Assembly (NCBI GenBank): GCA_023436775.1
Contig: JAEZHW010000063.1
Location: 3,710 to 67,709 of the forward strand
Source of the DNA: Actinomycetes bacterium
GTDB lineage: Bacteria; Actinomycetota; Actinomycetes; Actinomycetales; Microbacteriaceae
DNA length: 64,000 nucleotides
Direction of reading: 5' to 3'
Shown here one piece after another: positions 52,371-60,794 of the stretch. The position numbers and the translations under genes are program-made. Position 1 is the first letter of the stretch, and every line of letters begins with the position of its first letter. Under the pieces are notes generated by a model that saw nothing but the letters and a program-made list of their open reading frames with translations, made no database searches and had not been told where the DNA came from.

Positions 52371-52468
52371 TAGTCTGCCAATAGTGCATTGTTCCGAAAT
52401 GGCACAGATGCACAATCCCATTCACTACGGATCGTCCGGCACGTACCTGCCGGTGAAGGAGATACAAC
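52371..52468 (+). promoter_or_regulatory. msiK promoter (-10 TAGTCT) plus a ~90-nt structured leader; candidate msiK RNA motif
   Basis: AT-richer segment with mutually exclusive pairings TGCCA/TGGCA and GTGCAT/ATGCAC. A CCGGCA-cgtacc-TGCCGG hairpin ends 1 nt before the GAAGGAG SD. Confidence 0.35.
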
Positions 52469-53545
52469 ATGGCTACTGTCGTGTTTGATAAGGCAACTCG
52501 CCTCTACCCGGGCACCACTCGCCCCGCCGTTGACAAGCTGGATCTCGAGATCGCTGACGGCGAATTCCTCGTTCTGGTCGGCCCTTCTGGCTGTGGTAAG
52601 TCCACCTCGCTGCGTATGCTCGCAGGCCTCGAAGAGGTCGACGAGGGCAACATCCGCATCGGCGACCGCATCGTCACGGACGTGCCGCCGAAGGACCGCG
52701 ACATCGCCATGGTGTTCCAGAACTACGCGCTCTACCCGCACATGACCGTGGCCGAGAACATGGGCTTCGCCCTCAAGATCGCTGGCGTCTCCAAGGAAGA
52801 GCGCGCCGCTCGCGTCCTCGAGGCCGCCAAGCTGCTCGACCTGGAGCCGTACCTCGGCCGCAAGCCGAAGGCGCTCTCGGGTGGTCAGCGTCAGCGTGTC
52901 GCTATGGGCCGCGCGATCGTCCGTCAGCCGCAGGTGTTCCTCATGGACGAGCCGCTGTCGAACCTCGACGCCAAGCTCCGTGTGCAGACCCGCACCCAGA
53001 TCGCGTCGCTGCAGCGCCGCCTGGGCGTCACCACCGTCTACGTGACCCACGACCAGGTCGAGGCGCTGACCATGGGTGACCGCATCGCGGTGCTCAAGGA
53101 CGGCATCCTGCAGCAGGTCGGCACCCCGCGCGAACTGCTCGACGCCCCGAAGAACGTCTTCGTCGCCGGCTTCATCGGTAGCCCGGCCATGAACCTGTTC
53201 AACGTGCCGGTCGCCGACGGTGGCGTCAAGTTCGGCGGCGCCACGGTGCCGGTCGAGCGTGACGCACTGAAGAACGCTGGCAAGACCGTGACCGCCGGTG
53301 TCCGCCCCGAGGACTTCACCATCTCCACCAAGAAGGGTGAAGGCATCGAGGTGAAGGTCGACATCGTCGAAGAGCTCGGCGCCGACGGCTACCTGTACGG
53401 TTCGGCCCTGGTCGACGGCCAGACCCTGAACCTGGTGGCCCGCGTCGACGGCCGCTCGCACCCGAACATGGGTGACGTGGTGTACCTGACCCCGGTGGCA
53501 GGCCACGTGCACCTGTTCAACGCTGAGACTGGCGAGCGCCTGTAA
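52469..53545 (+). CDS. msiK: sugar ABC transporter ATP-binding protein (MsiK/MalK/UgpC type)
   Basis: 358-aa ORF with Walker A GPSGCGKST, signature LSGGQRQRVA, Walker B FLMDEPLS and a MalK-like regulatory C-domain. No cognate permease genes are adjacent. Confidence 0.92.
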   Translation: MATVVFDKATRLYPGTTRPAVDKLDLEIADGEFLVLVGPSGCGKSTSLRMLAGLEEVDEGNIRIGDRIVTDVPPKDRDIAMVFQNYALYPHMTVAENMGFALKIAGVSKEERAARVLEAAKLLDLEPYLGRKPKALSGGQRQRVAMGRAIVRQPQVFLMDEPLSNLDAKLRVQTRTQIASLQRRLGVTTVYVTHDQVEALTMGDRIAVLKDGILQQVGTPRELLDAPKNVFVAGFIGSPAMNLFNVPVADGGVKFGGATVPVERDALKNAGKTVTAGVRPEDFTISTKKGEGIEVKVDIVEELGADGYLYGSALVDGQTLNLVARVDGRSHPNMGDVVYLTPVAGHVHLFNAETGERL

Positions 53546-53564
53546 GGCTCATCCCAACCTCGCG

Positions 53565-53600
53565 GGGGCGGTTCCGAACTTCGGGACCGCCCCTGTTGTC
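53565..53600 (+). terminator. rho-independent terminator after msiK
   Basis: GGGGCGGTTCC-gaacttc-GGGACCGCCCC followed by TGTTGTCTCTGT. Confidence 0.65.
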
Positions 53601-53637
53601 TCTGTGCGCACGCACCGTTTCCCCGCTTCGTTCCCGA

Positions 53638-53643
53638 TAGGCT
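53638..53643 (+). promoter_or_regulatory. -10 hexamer TAGGCT, 7 nt before the DUF4032 ATG (leaderless geometry)
   Basis: TANNNT, no SD, ATG at 53651. Confidence 0.4.
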
Positions 53644-53650
53644 CCCTGCT

Positions 53651-54970
53651 ATGCCGCCTCGTGCTTCCCTCAGTATCACCGCAGCCGTGCCGGACCCGGC
53701 GCTGCTGGATTTGCCCTGGCAACTCCCCCTCGACCAGTGGCCGAGCGATGTGATCGCTGCCCTGCCGAAGGGCATCTCTCGGCACTTGGTGCGATTCGCA
53801 CACATGTCCGGTGGTGTCGTCGCCGTCAAGGAAACCACCGAGCAGATGGCGCTGCATGAGTACGAAGTGCTGCGCTCCCTGCAGAAACTCGATGTGCCTG
53901 GCGTCGCCCCGGTCGCCGTCATCACCAACCGCTTCGATGCCGACGGCGAACCGCTGCCCTCGGCGCTGGTGACCGAGCACCTGAAGTTCTCGATGCCCTA
54001 CCGGGCGCTCTTCTCACAGACGCTGCGGCCGGACACCGCGACCCGCCTCGTTGACGCGCTCGCACTGCTGCTGGCCCGGCTGCACCTGGTGGGCTTCTTC
54101 TGGGGTGACGTGTCGCTGTCCAACACCCTGTTCCGCCGCGATGCTGGCGCCTTCGCCGCCTATCTGGTGGACGCCGAAACCGGTCAGCTCCAGCCCAACG
54201 GACTCACGGCCGGGCAGCGAGAACACGACCTCGAGGTGGGTCGGGTCAACATCGCTGGCGAACTGTTCGACCTCGAGGCGGGCGGCCGCATCGACGAAAG
54301 TCTCGACCCGATCGAGATCAGCAACCGCATCGTGTCCCAGTACCGGATGCTGTGGCAGGAACTCACCGGCTTTGAGACCTTCGATGCCTCCGAGCGCTGG
54401 CGTATCGATGCGCGCATCCAGCGGCTCAACGACCTCGGATTCGACATCGAGGAACTGGCTATGACCGCTGGTGGCGATGGCGCACAGGTGCGCATCCAGC
54501 CTAAGGTCGTGGATGCGGGGCACCACCAGCGCCGCCTGCTGCGCCTCACCGGCCTCGACACCGGCGAGAACCAGGCCCGTCGCCTCCTGAACGACCTCGA
54601 CCGCTACCGCGCCACCTACGGGCGCCCCGGTCAGGACGAGGAGGTCACCGCCCACGAGTGGCTGGTGCGGGCATTCGAGCCAGTCATCAAGGCCATTCCG
54701 CGGGAACTGCGCGGCAAGCTGGAACCTGCCGAGGCCTACCACCAGTTCCTGGACCACCGCTGGTTCATCTCGCAGGAGCAGGACCGCGACGTACCTCTGG
54801 CCGAGGCGGTGCAGTCCTTCATTGACAATGTGCTGCGCCATCGCCGTGACGAGGCGACGCTGCTGAACCCGCCGACCACGGCGATCACGCTGCCGCTGCC
54901 GACCGTCGAAACCGGCGCCATCCCCATCCTCGGCGATGACGACGAAGAAGACTGGCGACTGAAGGTCTAG
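53651..54970 (+). CDS. DUF4032 domain protein (kinase-like fold)
   Basis: 439-aa ORF. The N-terminal half resembles Kdo/WaaP-type kinases (VAVKETTEQMALHEYEVLRSL ... GFFWGDVSLSNTLF ... YLVDAETG). Confidence 0.8.
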   Translation: MPPRASLSITAAVPDPALLDLPWQLPLDQWPSDVIAALPKGISRHLVRFAHMSGGVVAVKETTEQMALHEYEVLRSLQKLDVPGVAPVAVITNRFDADGEPLPSALVTEHLKFSMPYRALFSQTLRPDTATRLVDALALLLARLHLVGFFWGDVSLSNTLFRRDAGAFAAYLVDAETGQLQPNGLTAGQREHDLEVGRVNIAGELFDLEAGGRIDESLDPIEISNRIVSQYRMLWQELTGFETFDASERWRIDARIQRLNDLGFDIEELAMTAGGDGAQVRIQPKVVDAGHHQRRLLRLTGLDTGENQARRLLNDLDRYRATYGRPGQDEEVTAHEWLVRAFEPVIKAIPRELRGKLEPAEAYHQFLDHRWFISQEQDRDVPLAEAVQSFIDNVLRHRRDEATLLNPPTTAITLPLPTVETGAIPILGDDDEEDWRLKV

Positions 54971-54973
54971 CGG

Positions 54974-55978
54974 CTACTTCGCTGTGGCCTCGGCGCGCAG
55001 GCGCGCGATCTCGTACAACGTGACGCTGGCGGCGATACCGGCGTTGAGCGATTCGGTCGCCGACGAGATCGGAATCGACACGATCGCGTCGCAGGTTTCC
55101 GTGACCAGGCGCGACAGGCCCTTGCCTTCGCTGCCAACCACAACCACGAGTGGACGGTCAGCGAGTTCCAGCCCCGGCAGCATAGTGTCGCCACCGCCGT
55201 CGAGGCCGATCACGAACACGCCCGCCTTCTTGAAGGCCTTCAGGGTGGAGGTCAGATTCGAGGCCATGGCCACTGGAATGCGTGCAGCAGCTCCGGCCGA
55301 GGTCTTCCAAGCACCCGCATTGACACCGACCGAGCGACGCTGCGGCACGATCACGCCCTGGCCGCCAAAAGCGGCGACCGAGCGGATCACGGCACCGAGG
55401 TTGCGGGCGTCGGTCACGCCGTCGAGGGCGACGATCAGCGGCACCTCACCGCGACCGATCACCTCGTCCAGCAGGTCTTCCGGGTGCGCGTACTCATAGG
55501 GCGGCACTTTCAGGCCCACACCCTGATGCACGGAGTCGAAGCCCGCCAGGCGATCGAGTTCCTGACGAGTGACCTCCAGGATCGGCAGATTGCGGTTGTT
55601 GGCCAACACAATGATTTCGCGCACTCGGTCGTCGAGTTCGATGCGCTGGGCGATGTACAGCGTGGTGGCCGGGATCTTCGCGCGCAGCGCCTCGAGCACC
55701 GAGTTGCGGCCAGTAACCAGTTCACTGCCATCCTTGCTGTGCTGACCACCGGTCTGCCCGATCGGCTTCACCGAACCGCGCTTCTCGGCTGACCGCTCAG
55801 CGAGCTGCTTGCGCTTGTAGGCAACGTGGTACGTGCGGTCCTCGGCCTTCGGGGTCGGACCCTTGCCTTCGAGAGCCTTCCGACCGTGACCGCCAGTGCC
55901 CACCTGGGGGCGCTTGCCAGCGCGACCCTTGCGGACTGCGCCGGGGCGATTCTTACTCGGTTCTCCTGAACCCTTCAT
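54974..55978 (-). CDS. rlmB: 23S rRNA (guanosine-2'-O)-methyltransferase, TrmH/SpoU family
   Basis: 334 aa from the ATG that overlaps the cysS stop (ATGA). Has a basic N-terminal tail and SpoU motifs (NLGAVIRSVAAFG, VVGSEGKGLSRL, SLNAGIAASV). Confidence 0.88.
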   Translation of the reverse strand: MKGSGEPSKNRPGAVRKGRAGKRPQVGTGGHGRKALEGKGPTPKAEDRTYHVAYKRKQLAERSAEKRGSVKPIGQTGGQHSKDGSELVTGRNSVLEALRAKIPATTLYIAQRIELDDRVREIIVLANNRNLPILEVTRQELDRLAGFDSVHQGVGLKVPPYEYAHPEDLLDEVIGRGEVPLIVALDGVTDARNLGAVIRSVAAFGGQGVIVPQRRSVGVNAGAWKTSAGAAARIPVAMASNLTSTLKAFKKAGVFVIGLDGGGDTMLPGLELADRPLVVVVGSEGKGLSRLVTETCDAIVSIPISSATESLNAGIAASVTLYEIARLRAEATAK

Positions 55979-57393
55979 CGAGCCACACTCCAATGCGTTC
56001 CGTCCGCGCCGTCCTCAACCACGATGCCGGCGGCGGCCAGCACATCACGCAATCGGTCCGCAGTCGCGAAGTCTTTGCTCGCGCGCGCCTGCTGGCGTGC
56101 CGAGATGATTTCCTCAACCAGGGCCGACAGCGCCTGCGTCTCGGTGTCCCCGGCCGTCGACCACTGGGGGTCGGCCGGGTCGAGGCCGAGCACGCGCACC
56201 ATGGCGCGCACCTGGCCGTAGGCGGTCAGTACAGCGTCGATATCGCCAGATTCCAGCGCCGTATTGCCCGAGCGCACGGTGTCGTGCAGGGCTGCAAGCG
56301 CCAGCGGCACGCCGAGGTCATCGTCCATCGCCTCGGCAAAGGCCGGCGCCACCTCGGTACCGGCCGACGCGGCACGATCCCCCAGCGCACGCTCAGCGCG
56401 GGCCAGGAAGCCTTCGACGCGGTCGAGGGCGGCGTCCGCCTCGGCCAGGGCCTGGTCGTGGAATTCCAGCACCGACCGATAGTGGGCCGAGCCCAGGAAG
56501 TAGCGCACCGCGGCCGGACGCGCCGACGAGAGCAAGTCAGCGGCGTACAGCGAGTTGCCGAGCGACTTGGACATCTTCTGCCCGCCCACATTCACCAGAC
56601 CGTTGTGAATCCAGTACTCGGCGAACTGGTCGCCCGCGGCCCGCGACTGGGCGAGCTCGTTCTCGTGGTGCGGGAAGCGCAGGTCCAGGCCGCCACCGTG
56701 GATGTCGAAGTGGCTGCCCAGGTACTTGGTGCTCATGGCCGAGCATTCGATGTGCCAACCGGGGCGACCACGACCCCAGGGCGTGTCCCAGGCGGCCGAT
56801 TCCGGCTCGCCCGGCTTGTGGGCCTTCCAGAGCGCGAAGTCGCGCGAGTCCCGCTTGCCCCGAGGGTCAGCGTCGGACTCAACCATGTCCGATGGGCTCT
56901 GCCGGGTCAGTTCACCGTAGGCCGGGAACGAGGCGGTGGCGAAGTACACGTCCGCGCTCACCTCGGAACGATATGCGTGGCCACTAGCCAGCAGTCGTTC
57001 GATCAGTGCGATCATCTCGGGCACACTCGCGGTCGCGCGCGGTTCATACGTCGGCGGACGAATGCCGAGCGCCCGATATGCGGCATTGAACTCAAGTTCG
57101 TAGCGGTACGCCAGTGCCCACCACGCTTCCGGGGCGTCAGTGCCCTGGGTTGCGGCGGCGTTCTCGAGCACCTTGTCATCAATATCGGTGACGTTGCGCA
57201 CCAGGGTGACCCGGTACCCGCGGTACTCGAACCAGCGCCGCCAGAGGTCGTACACCAGCGCCGAGCGCAGGTGGCCGATGTGTGGCGAGGACTGCACCGT
57301 CGGCCCGCAGACGTAGAGGCCGACCTCGTTCGGGCGCAGCGAGGTGAATTCCCGCAGGCCCTGAGCCTTGGAGTCGTAGAGGCGAATCGTCAC
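55975..57393 (-). CDS. cysS: cysteine--tRNA ligase
   Basis: 472-aa ORF with HIGH (SPHIGH) and KMSKS motifs. Confidence 0.95.
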   Translation of the reverse strand: MTIRLYDSKAQGLREFTSLRPNEVGLYVCGPTVQSSPHIGHLRSALVYDLWRRWFEYRGYRVTLVRNVTDIDDKVLENAAATQGTDAPEAWWALAYRYELEFNAAYRALGIRPPTYEPRATASVPEMIALIERLLASGHAYRSEVSADVYFATASFPAYGELTRQSPSDMVESDADPRGKRDSRDFALWKAHKPGEPESAAWDTPWGRGRPGWHIECSAMSTKYLGSHFDIHGGGLDLRFPHHENELAQSRAAGDQFAEYWIHNGLVNVGGQKMSKSLGNSLYAADLLSSARPAAVRYFLGSAHYRSVLEFHDQALAEADAALDRVEGFLARAERALGDRAASAGTEVAPAFAEAMDDDLGVPLALAALHDTVRSGNTALESGDIDAVLTAYGQVRAMVRVLGLDPADPQWSTAGDTETQALSALVEEIISARQQARASKDFATADRLRDVLAAAGIVVEDGADGTHWSVAR

Positions 57394-57402
57394 GCCCCCA
57401 GC

Positions 57403-58611
57403 CTACGGCAGGCGAGCGATGAGAGCAGTGGCAACCGCGGCAATCCCGGCCCCGGAGCCGGTAATTCCTAGGCCATCGCTGGTGGTGGCCCCTACCCGAA
57501 CCGTGCAACCGAGCAGCTGGCCCAATGCAGCTTCGAGCTCATCACGTCGCGGACCGATCTTGGGTCGGCGAGCGATGACCTGCGCGGCGATGCTCACCGG
57601 CTGCCACCCGCGCTCGGCAAGCAACTCGACTACCGCCTCAAGGAACACCCGGCCCGCGGCGCCGGCGTAGCGCGGATCGTCCGTGCCGAACACTGCTCCC
57701 AAGTCGCCGAGGCCCGCAGCCGACAACAGCGCATCCACGATGGCGTGGCTGAGCGCATCACCATCGCTATGCCCGGCCAGCGGCGGTGTGTCCGGCCACG
57801 CGAGGGTGCCGAGCATCAGCACGCCCTCGCCACCATGGGCGTGCACGTCAGCGCCGACGCCGATCTGCACCGGTGAGTCCGCTGGCAATGCCGGCACCGG
57901 TGGCACCGCGAGCAGGGCCTCGGCGCGGTCCAGATCCTCAGTCACTGTGACCTTGAAGGCGAGTTGTGAGCCCGGCACCGACACCACGTCGTGACCGAGC
58001 GCCGCGATGGCGGCGGCATCGTCGGTGAAGGCAACGCCAGCATCGGTGGCGGAGCGCAGCGCGTCGAGCAGCAGCGTCCGAGGAGCCCCCTGTGGGGTTT
58101 GCACCGCGACCATGGCACTGCGGTCCAGGATCGGGCCGAGTCCAATCTCGTCACCAACCTGGCGAATCGTGTCGACCACGGGGGTGACCGGCACGACGGC
58201 CTCGGCACCCTCCTGCAGGGCATCGATCACGGCCTGGAACTGCTCGGTCGGGGTCAACACTCGCGCCGCGTCATGCACCAGGACGAAGTCGACCGTCTCC
58301 GGCATGGCACGCACGCCCGCGAGGACCGAGTCTTGGCGTTCTGCCCCGCCCGGCACCACGATGATGCGCTCTGCTGCGAACCCGGAACGCGAGGCGATCT
58401 CTGCCGCATCCGCGAGGCGGTCCTCGGGCACCACCAGCACCAGCTGGACCGGGTCCGCCAAGGCCGCGATCGGCGCCAGCGCTCGCTGCAACATTGTCTG
58501 CCCCGCCACCGGCACGAAGGCCTTGGGCTGGCCCGCGGCCAGACGGGTGCCATTACCGGCCGCCACCAGGACGACGCCGATGCGGGGAGGGCTCGACGGG
58601 GACACGCTCAC
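57403..58611 (-). CDS. ispDF: bifunctional IspD/IspF (MEP cytidylyltransferase and MEcPP synthase)
   Basis: Single 402-aa ORF with a GTG start. The N-terminal half is IspD-like (VLVAAGNGTRL) and the C-terminal half IspF-like (IGVGADVHAH ... GHSDGDALSHA). Confidence 0.9.
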   Translation of the reverse strand: MSVSPSSPPRIGVVLVAAGNGTRLAAGQPKAFVPVAGQTMLQRALAPIAALADPVQLVLVVPEDRLADAAEIASRSGFAAERIIVVPGGAERQDSVLAGVRAMPETVDFVLVHDAARVLTPTEQFQAVIDALQEGAEAVVPVTPVVDTIRQVGDEIGLGPILDRSAMVAVQTPQGAPRTLLLDALRSATDAGVAFTDDAAAIAALGHDVVSVPGSQLAFKVTVTEDLDRAEALLAVPPVPALPADSPVQIGVGADVHAHGGEGVLMLGTLAWPDTPPLAGHSDGDALSHAIVDALLSAAGLGDLGAVFGTDDPRYAGAAGRVFLEAVVELLAERGWQPVSIAAQVIARRPKIGPRRDELEAALGQLLGCTVRVGATTSDGLGITGSGAGIAAVATALIARLP

Positions 58612-58660
58612 GGTTCCAGGCTAGTCGGGTTCTGTGGTCGCCTCAGCGCCGCAGACGGAA

Positions 58661-58707
58661 ACGGGTTGGCGCCCCACCGCCGCAGGGGGGCGGGGGCGCA
58701 AACCCGT
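58661..58707 (-). terminator. hairpin downstream of carD
   Basis: ACGGGTTGGCGCCCC / GGGGCGCAAACCCGT, a 15-position stem with one mismatch and a G-rich 17-nt loop, 22 nt after the stop. Confidence 0.5.
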
Positions 58708-58728
58708 CGAAGTGTAAAGGCCGGAGCC

Positions 58729-59211
58729 TTAGGAGGCGAGCACCTCGTCCAGCACCTGGCTCGCCTGCTCTTCATCGGTCTTTTCGGCCAGCGCCAGTTC
58801 GCTGATCAGAATCTGGCGAGCCTTGGCGAGCATGCGCTTTTCCCCGGTGGACAGCCCACGGTCCTGGTCGCGACGCCACAGGTCGCGGACTACCTCGGAC
58901 ACCTTGATCACATCGCCACTGGCGAGCTTCTCGAGGTTCGCCTTGAATCGACGCGACCAGTTGGTCGGTTCCTCAGTGAATGGAGCGCGCAGGACTTCAA
59001 AGACCTTGTCGAGGCCTTCCTTGCCGATAACATCGCGAACACCCACGAGTTCCAGGTTTTCGGCCGGCACCTCGATCATGAGGTCGCCCTGCGTCACCTT
59101 GAGCTTGAGGTAGAGTTTTTCTTCGCCGCCGATGATGCGCGTCTTGACTTCGGTAATCGTTGCTGCGCCGTGGTGCGGGTAAACAACGGTTTCGCCGACT
59201 GTGAACTGCAT
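58729..59211 (-). CDS. carD: CarD family RNA polymerase-binding transcription factor
   Basis: 160-aa ORF ([37 protein letters not shown]...). Confidence 0.93.
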   Translation of the reverse strand: MQFTVGETVVYPHHGAATITEVKTRIIGGEEKLYLKLKVTQGDLMIEVPAENLELVGVRDVIGKEGLDKVFEVLRAPFTEEPTNWSRRFKANLEKLASGDVIKVSEVVRDLWRRDQDRGLSTGEKRMLAKARQILISELALAEKTDEEQASQVLDEVLAS

Positions 59212-59346
59212 ATGATAATGCCCCTTCCGGAACGTTCATGATATCACAGCGTGTCTGAAATTAGGCTTGCCTAAGTCACAGACTGCCGCAGAGTAGCGGT
59301 AGGCTAGGGACAGTATGCCGAGAACCGCCGCGATCGAGCGGCGCTA

Positions 59347-60024
59347 ATGCAGGAGAACCGAGTGAAGTCGCGAATCGCAGCCCTCGCCCTTGCCGCCGCC
59401 GTGAGCCTCGGCTTGGCGGGATGCAACCTGGCCGCCCCGCAGGACACCACCATCCAGTACGACCCGAGCGACGGTGTCAGCGCTGAGGTGGGCCAGATCG
59501 GTGTCCGCAACGCCCTGGTGGTGACCGCGGATGGCTCGCTCGGCAGCCTGGTGATGACCGTCACCAACCGCAGCGCCTCGGACATTGACCTCACCGTCCA
59601 GTTCAAGGACGCCAACGGTGAGCGCGTCAACCTCACCGTGCCGACCGCACCCGGCGTGACCCCCTTCGGTTTCGCCAACCACGGCCAGATCGTGCTGGCC
59701 GACCTTGGTGCAACCCCCGGTGGCCTCATCGACATCTTCTTCCAGTACGGCAGCGAACAGGGCCAGCAGGTGCAGGTCCCGGTGCTCGCTCCGTGCCTGG
59801 CCGAGTACGCTGGCCTGCTGCCCCAGTACTCCTCACTGCAGCCGGAGACCTCGACCACCGAGGCACCGACCACCGACGAGGGCACCGAGGGTGAGGCCGT
59901 GAGCATCGACGTCGAGGTGGATGCGCTGGCCGATGCCCTCGCCGAGCTCGACGCCGCGCACGCGGAACTCGCCGCAGCGATCTGCGAGATCCCCGAGCCG
60001 GCTGACCGCGGCGGCCACCACTAA
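59347..60024 (+). CDS. lipoprotein of unknown function (LpqE-position)
   Basis: 225-aa ORF with signal peptide plus lipobox (AAVSLGLAGC). The more likely start is the GTG at 59362, 6 nt after an AGGAG SD. Confidence 0.7.
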   Translation: MQENRVKSRIAALALAAAVSLGLAGCNLAAPQDTTIQYDPSDGVSAEVGQIGVRNALVVTADGSLGSLVMTVTNRSASDIDLTVQFKDANGERVNLTVPTAPGVTPFGFANHGQIVLADLGATPGGLIDIFFQYGSEQGQQVQVPVLAPCLAEYAGLLPQYSSLQPETSTTEAPTTDEGTEGEAVSIDVEVDALADALAELDAAHAELAAAICEIPEPADRGGHH

Positions 60025-60036
60025 GCACCAGTTCTC

Positions 60037-60070
60037 CAGCAGGGGCGTCGGGCAACCGGCGCCCCTGCTG
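60037..60070. terminator. bidirectional hairpin between the lipoprotein gene and regX3
   Basis: CAGCAGGGGCG-12 nt-CGCCCCTGCTG, an 11-bp perfect stem followed by CGTCTTGCG. Confidence 0.55.
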
Positions 60071-60113
60071 CGTCTTGCGCATCCTACCGGTTGGCGCCGA
60101 CGCTGCGGTGCCG

Positions 60114-60794
60114 CTAGCCGTCGTAGCGGTAGCCGAGGCCTCGCACCGTCACGATGCGGATTGGTTGCGAAGGATTGTCCTCCACCTTCGCGCGCAGCCG
60201 CTTGATATGCACATCCAGCGTCTTGGTGTCCCCCACGTAGTCATCGCCCCAAACCCGGTCGATGAGTTGTCCGCGGGTGAGCACGCGCCCGGCGTTACGC
60301 AGCAGGAACTCCAGGAGTTCAAACTCCTTGAGCGGCATTGCCACCGCCTGGCCATGCAGCGTGACCACGTGCTTGTCCAGGTCCATCGTGACCGGGCCGA
60401 CTGCGAGGACCTGGCTCGGTTCTTCCAGTTCCATGCTGTGCCGACGCAGCACGGCACGAATCCTCGCCACCAGCTCGCGCGCCGAGTACGGCTTCGTGAT
60501 GTAGTCGTCGGCACCAAGTTCCAGGCCGACCACGATGTCCACCTCAGTGTCCTTGGCGGTGAGCATGATTACCGGCACGGCGGAGACCGCCCGCAACTGG
60601 CGGCAGACCTCCAGCCCCGACACCTTCGGTAGCATCAGGTCCAGCAGCACCAGATCAGCGCCAGCACTGGCAAAGGTGTCGATTGCTTCCTGTCCGTCGC
60701 GGACGTGCGTGACCTGGTACCCCTCGCGCTCCAGCAGATACGCCAGCGGCTCGGCCAGACCGGGCTCATCCTCCACCAGCAGAATCCGAATCAC
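60114..60794 (-). CDS. regX3: phosphate-responsive OmpR-family response regulator (RegX3; PhoP in Streptomyces naming)
   Basis: 226-aa ORF with high similarity by eye to mycobacterial RegX3 (PVIMLTAKDTEVDIVVGLELGADDYITKPYSARELVARIRAVLRR; LTRGQLIDRVWGDDYVGDTKTLDVHIKRLR). Confidence 0.92.
   Translation of the reverse strand: MIRILLVEDEPGLAEPLAYLLEREGYQVTHVRDGQEAIDTFASAGADLVLLDLMLPKVSGLEVCRQLRAVSAVPVIMLTAKDTEVDIVVGLELGADDYITKPYSARELVARIRAVLRRHSMELEEPSQVLAVGPVTMDLDKHVVTLHGQAVAMPLKEFELLEFLLRNAGRVLTRGQLIDRVWGDDYVGDTKTLDVHIKRLRAKVEDNPSQPIRIVTVRGLGYRYDG

Noticed and set aside
59294-59312. TAGGCTA core resembling the centre of an IdeR iron box upstream of the lipoprotein gene.
   Set aside because: Only about 10 of 19 positions match TTAGGTTAGGCTAACCTAA, and the outer half-sites are absent. 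More likely a TAGGCT -10 hexamer.
59315-59347. 10-codon uORF (MPRTAAIERR) ending in TAATG overlapping the annotated lipoprotein ATG.
   Set aside because: The lipoprotein more plausibly starts at GTG 59362 behind an AGGAG SD. The uORF has no SD, a 9-nt spacing from the -10 that is marginal for a leaderless start, and no distinctive peptide. It is too speculative to report as a finding.
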